A stretch of 64,000 bases of DNA from an uncultured cyanobacterium. Lineage in GTDB: Bacteria; Cyanobacteriota; Cyanobacteriia; Cyanobacteriales; CAWCAG01. Positions 61,223 to 64,000 of this stretch are shown piece by piece. Numbering within the stretch: the first letter of the stretch is position 1; every line of letters begins with the position of its first letter. Both the position numbers and the translations under genes were made by a program. Where the stretch lies: assembly GCA_963803805.1 (NCBI GenBank), contig CAWDOD010000010.1, positions 416,001 through 480,000 on the forward strand. The letters are read 5' to 3'. A model generated the notes under the pieces. The model was given only the letters and a program-made list of their open reading frames with translations. It was not told the origin of the DNA and made no database searches.

Positions 61223-62020
61223 TTGAACATGAAAGCATTAATTCGTTTTGCTGCTACACTAGGTTTGGTCAGTAGCACTTTGGTGGGAGTCGTTTTTGGC
61301 ATTAGTCCTAGTTCTATAGCTTTACCGGAAACCGAAGTTATTGATAATTTGCAAGGGGTTCCTATCTATAGCATTACTGATAGTGAAGGCTTACCCTTGT
61401 TAACGGTTAGAGAAGGGCAAGAAAAGGGTATTGCTAACTTGTTTTTGAGTTTGAAGGATGCTGAAGCAGCTATTGAGCAGCTAAAGCAAACTAATCCAGA
61501 CATTGCTCAGCAAGCACAGTTAGTTATTGTTTCTCTACCAGATATTTATCAAAAAGTAAAGGAAGCTGCCCAACAATCTGATAGCCCTGATTTCCGGTTT
61601 GTACCGATGCAGCAAGAGGTTAATTCTGCTGTTAGTCTTCTCAAACAGCAAGGGCAAGAAGTAAGTCAGTTTCGGGGAGTGCCACTATTTTTTGCTACAG
61701 TAGAAGTCCAACGGGAAGGGCAGTCAGCAAAACAAGAAATCTACTTGCCTGCACCAGGAAGTGATCAAATCCCCCTCTTTTTTGAACAAGAACAAGCCCA
61801 AAAATTAGCAGAACTTTTTAAGCAGCAGGAACCAGGAATGGCTTCAGATGTAAAAATCAGGGTTTTGCCTTTGGAGTATGTAATTGAGCTTTTTGAAAAT
61901 GAAAGCGGTGAGGCGATCAAAAATATGTTCCTGGTTAGATCCCAAGAAGCAGAATCTTTAGTGCAAGAATTACTTAAGCAGCAAGGAGAGGCTCAACCCG
62001 GTAACAACCCTGGAAATTAA
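61223..62020 (+). CDS. Tic22-family protein
   Basis: LQGVPIYSITDSEG.PL, FVP...V..A, FRGVPLF, IPLFFE. Confidence 0.85.
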   Translation: MNMKALIRFAATLGLVSSTLVGVVFGISPSSIALPETEVIDNLQGVPIYSITDSEGLPLLTVREGQEKGIANLFLSLKDAEAAIEQLKQTNPDIAQQAQLVIVSLPDIYQKVKEAAQQSDSPDFRFVPMQQEVNSAVSLLKQQGQEVSQFRGVPLFFATVEVQREGQSAKQEIYLPAPGSDQIPLFFEQEQAQKLAELFKQQEPGMASDVKIRVLPLEYVIELFENESGEAIKNMFLVRSQEAESLVQELLKQQGEAQPGNNPGN

Positions 62021-62033
62021 GGTTAAAAAGGGG

Positions 62034-62921
62034 ATGAAGTTAGTGTCGGGGCAAAAACTTGGTGCTTGGAGGTATGAAGCAAAGCAAGCAGCGATCGCTG
62101 CTTCTATACCTCCTGGGGAGGTAGACTGGTTATTGCAAGAAGTGACAGAACTCGATAGTCTTGCTTTGCGTTTGTCAAGTTTTGAAGAGGGATCTCAGCT
62201 TAAAAGTGATTACTCTTTGCCCCAACTAGCTCAACTTTGGCAAAAGCGCATTACGGACAAGATACCAGTACAATATCTGGTGGGAAAAAGCCCTTGGAGA
62301 AATTTCCGGCTGGAGGTTTCCTCAGATGTATTAATTCCTCGTCCAGAAACAGAATGTTTGATTGATCTAGCTGTAAATGCTGTGAAAAATTTCCCAGAAT
62401 TAAGTAGGGGAAATTGGGTGGATTTGGGTACAGGGAGTGGCGCGATCGCTCTAGGATTAGCGGAGGTTTTTCCTGATGCTACTATTCATGGTGTGGATTT
62501 TAGTGCCGCAGCTTTAAAAGTAGCGACAGCTAATGCTAACCGATTAGGTTTTGGACAAATCAAATTTTATCCAGGTTTTTGGTGGGAACCTCTAACTGAT
62601 CTCAAGGGCAAAGTAAAGGGAATGATTTCCAACCCGCCTTATATTCCCACAACTTCTGTAGCAAAGTTACAACCAGAAGTGGCTAAACATGAACCCCACC
62701 TCGCTTTAGATGGTGGGAAAGATGGTTTAGATTCTATCAGACATTTGGTTACTACTGCTCCTAATTATCTCCAGTCAGGGGGGATTTTTTTAATTGAGAT
62801 GATGATGGGGCAAGCAGAAGAAGTTAGTAATCTTTTACGACAGCAAGGCAGTTACCAAAATATAAAAATTCTCCCTGATTTGGCAGGGGTAGAACGTTTT
62901 GCTCTAGCTTATTGTATTTGA
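62034..62921 (+). CDS. prmC: Release-factor glutamine methyltransferase
   Basis: PVQYL, VLIPRPETE, DLGTGSG, SNPPY, HEP..ALDGG. Confidence 0.96.
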   Translation: MKLVSGQKLGAWRYEAKQAAIAASIPPGEVDWLLQEVTELDSLALRLSSFEEGSQLKSDYSLPQLAQLWQKRITDKIPVQYLVGKSPWRNFRLEVSSDVLIPRPETECLIDLAVNAVKNFPELSRGNWVDLGTGSGAIALGLAEVFPDATIHGVDFSAAALKVATANANRLGFGQIKFYPGFWWEPLTDLKGKVKGMISNPPYIPTTSVAKLQPEVAKHEPHLALDGGKDGLDSIRHLVTTAPNYLQSGGIFLIEMMMGQAEEVSNLLRQQGSYQNIKILPDLAGVERFALAYCI

Positions 62922-63065
62922 TCAAGAGAACAACTAGAAATCTCTCTTAACTTAGAGAACTCCAACAAATAAAATATCCTCACCAAGTCTAAGATTTTAG
63001 CAACTAGCAATTGGCTTTTGGGTAAATCTTTTCTTGAATCTCTCTTATTACTTATTACTTAAAGA

Positions 63066-63992
63066 ATGAATCCCCATCTCATCATTCCCGAAGGAACACA
63101 AGTTGTTGCTCGTCGGGAAGTCAAAAATTCTGCCCAGGAAATAATCTGTTTACGAGGGGCAGTGGGAACTATTATTAAAGCGCCTACAGATAATTCTCAT
63201 AGTTACAGGGTGCGCCTTCCTAACAGTATAGAAGTGACTTTGCATCGCCAAGAATTTAGTATCCGCAAGCATTTTCAAAAAGAAGGTTTGCTTGCCGCAG
63301 AAGATATGTTGGCAGAGTTGAATTTATTTGATCAGACAATTTACCGTTGTATTGTTGGTTCTAAAGCTTTTGATTTAGATAATAACAATTCTGATACAGA
63401 TATTCGAGGTATTTATCTTCCTCCTGCTTCAATTCATTGGTCACTTTATGGTATTCCAGAACAAATTGAAAATGATCTTACTCAAGAATGTTATTGGGAA
63501 TTACAGAAGTTTCTGATCCTCGCTTTGAAAGCTAATCCTAATGTTTTGGAATGTCTTTATACACCCTTGATAGAAAAAGCTACTCCTTTAGCAGAAGAGT
63601 TATTGTCTCAAAGAGATATGTTTCTTTCTCAGTTGGTATATCAAACCTACAACGGTTATGTTATGTCTCAATTCAAGAAAATGGAGCAAGATTTACGTAC
63701 TAAAGGGCAAGTAAAGTTGAAACACGCTATGCACTTAATTCGTTTATTGTTATCAGGTATTACTGTGCTTAAAGAAGGTTTTGTACCAGTTAAAGTTGAA
63801 GAGTTTCGACAAAAATTATTAGCAATTCGCAATGGAGAAATGCCTTGGGAAGAAGTAAATAGTTGGAGACTTAAGCTACATAAAGAGTTTGATTTGGCCT
63901 TCACTCAAACTTCTTTGCCCGAACGTCCTGACTATGAACAAGCTAACGCTTTTTTAATTAAGGCGAGGCGTTCGCAGGTAAGTGATAGATGA
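63066..63992 (+). CDS. Pol-beta superfamily nucleotidyltransferase (YcgL/RlaP-like) with N-terminal extension
   Basis: GS.....SDTDIRG, KANPNVLE, KH..HL.RLL. Confidence 0.82.
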   Translation: MNPHLIIPEGTQVVARREVKNSAQEIICLRGAVGTIIKAPTDNSHSYRVRLPNSIEVTLHRQEFSIRKHFQKEGLLAAEDMLAELNLFDQTIYRCIVGSKAFDLDNNNSDTDIRGIYLPPASIHWSLYGIPEQIENDLTQECYWELQKFLILALKANPNVLECLYTPLIEKATPLAEELLSQRDMFLSQLVYQTYNGYVMSQFKKMEQDLRTKGQVKLKHAMHLIRLLLSGITVLKEGFVPVKVEEFRQKLLAIRNGEMPWEEVNSWRLKLHKEFDLAFTQTSLPERPDYEQANAFLIKARRSQVSDR

Positions 63993-64000
63993 TTGTTCTC

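Noticed and set aside
60164-64000. Genomic island integrated at tRNA-Pro
   Set aside because: No integrase or duplicated tRNA 3' end; downstream genes include core tic22 and prmC with HIP1 sites.

Overview
AT-rich cyanobacterial chromosome segment: about 30 HIP1 octamers (GCGATCGC) counted by eye, plus por, ndhP, an HLIP, two cyAbrB genes and two Tic22 genes. Most of it is core housekeeping (folD, ctp, cobH, por, ilvC, sdhB, lepB, pyrC, htrA-family, ispH, amt, purE, nagA, cbiB, prmC, tRNA-Pro-TGG). The first ~15 kb is accessory-like. It holds the tail of a purine/ureide catabolic cluster (uraD, SLH porin, allantoate amidohydrolase-like M20 enzyme, stand-alone allophanate-hydrolase-C-like protein, GntR) with a shared palindrome GTATAC-W-GTATAC upstream of both the porin and gntR. 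Next to it is a 1587-aa soluble adenylate cyclase with an N-terminal UrtA/AmiC-type binding domain and seven PAS domains. Features missing from the ORF track: ndhP, tRNA-Pro, a nonsense-interrupted pyrR, CHAT and Dabb gene remnants, two candidate sRNAs, MITE/REP-like elements and several operator-like motifs. No CRISPR array, rRNA, prophage or transposase was seen. All family assignments come from motif recognition without database searches.
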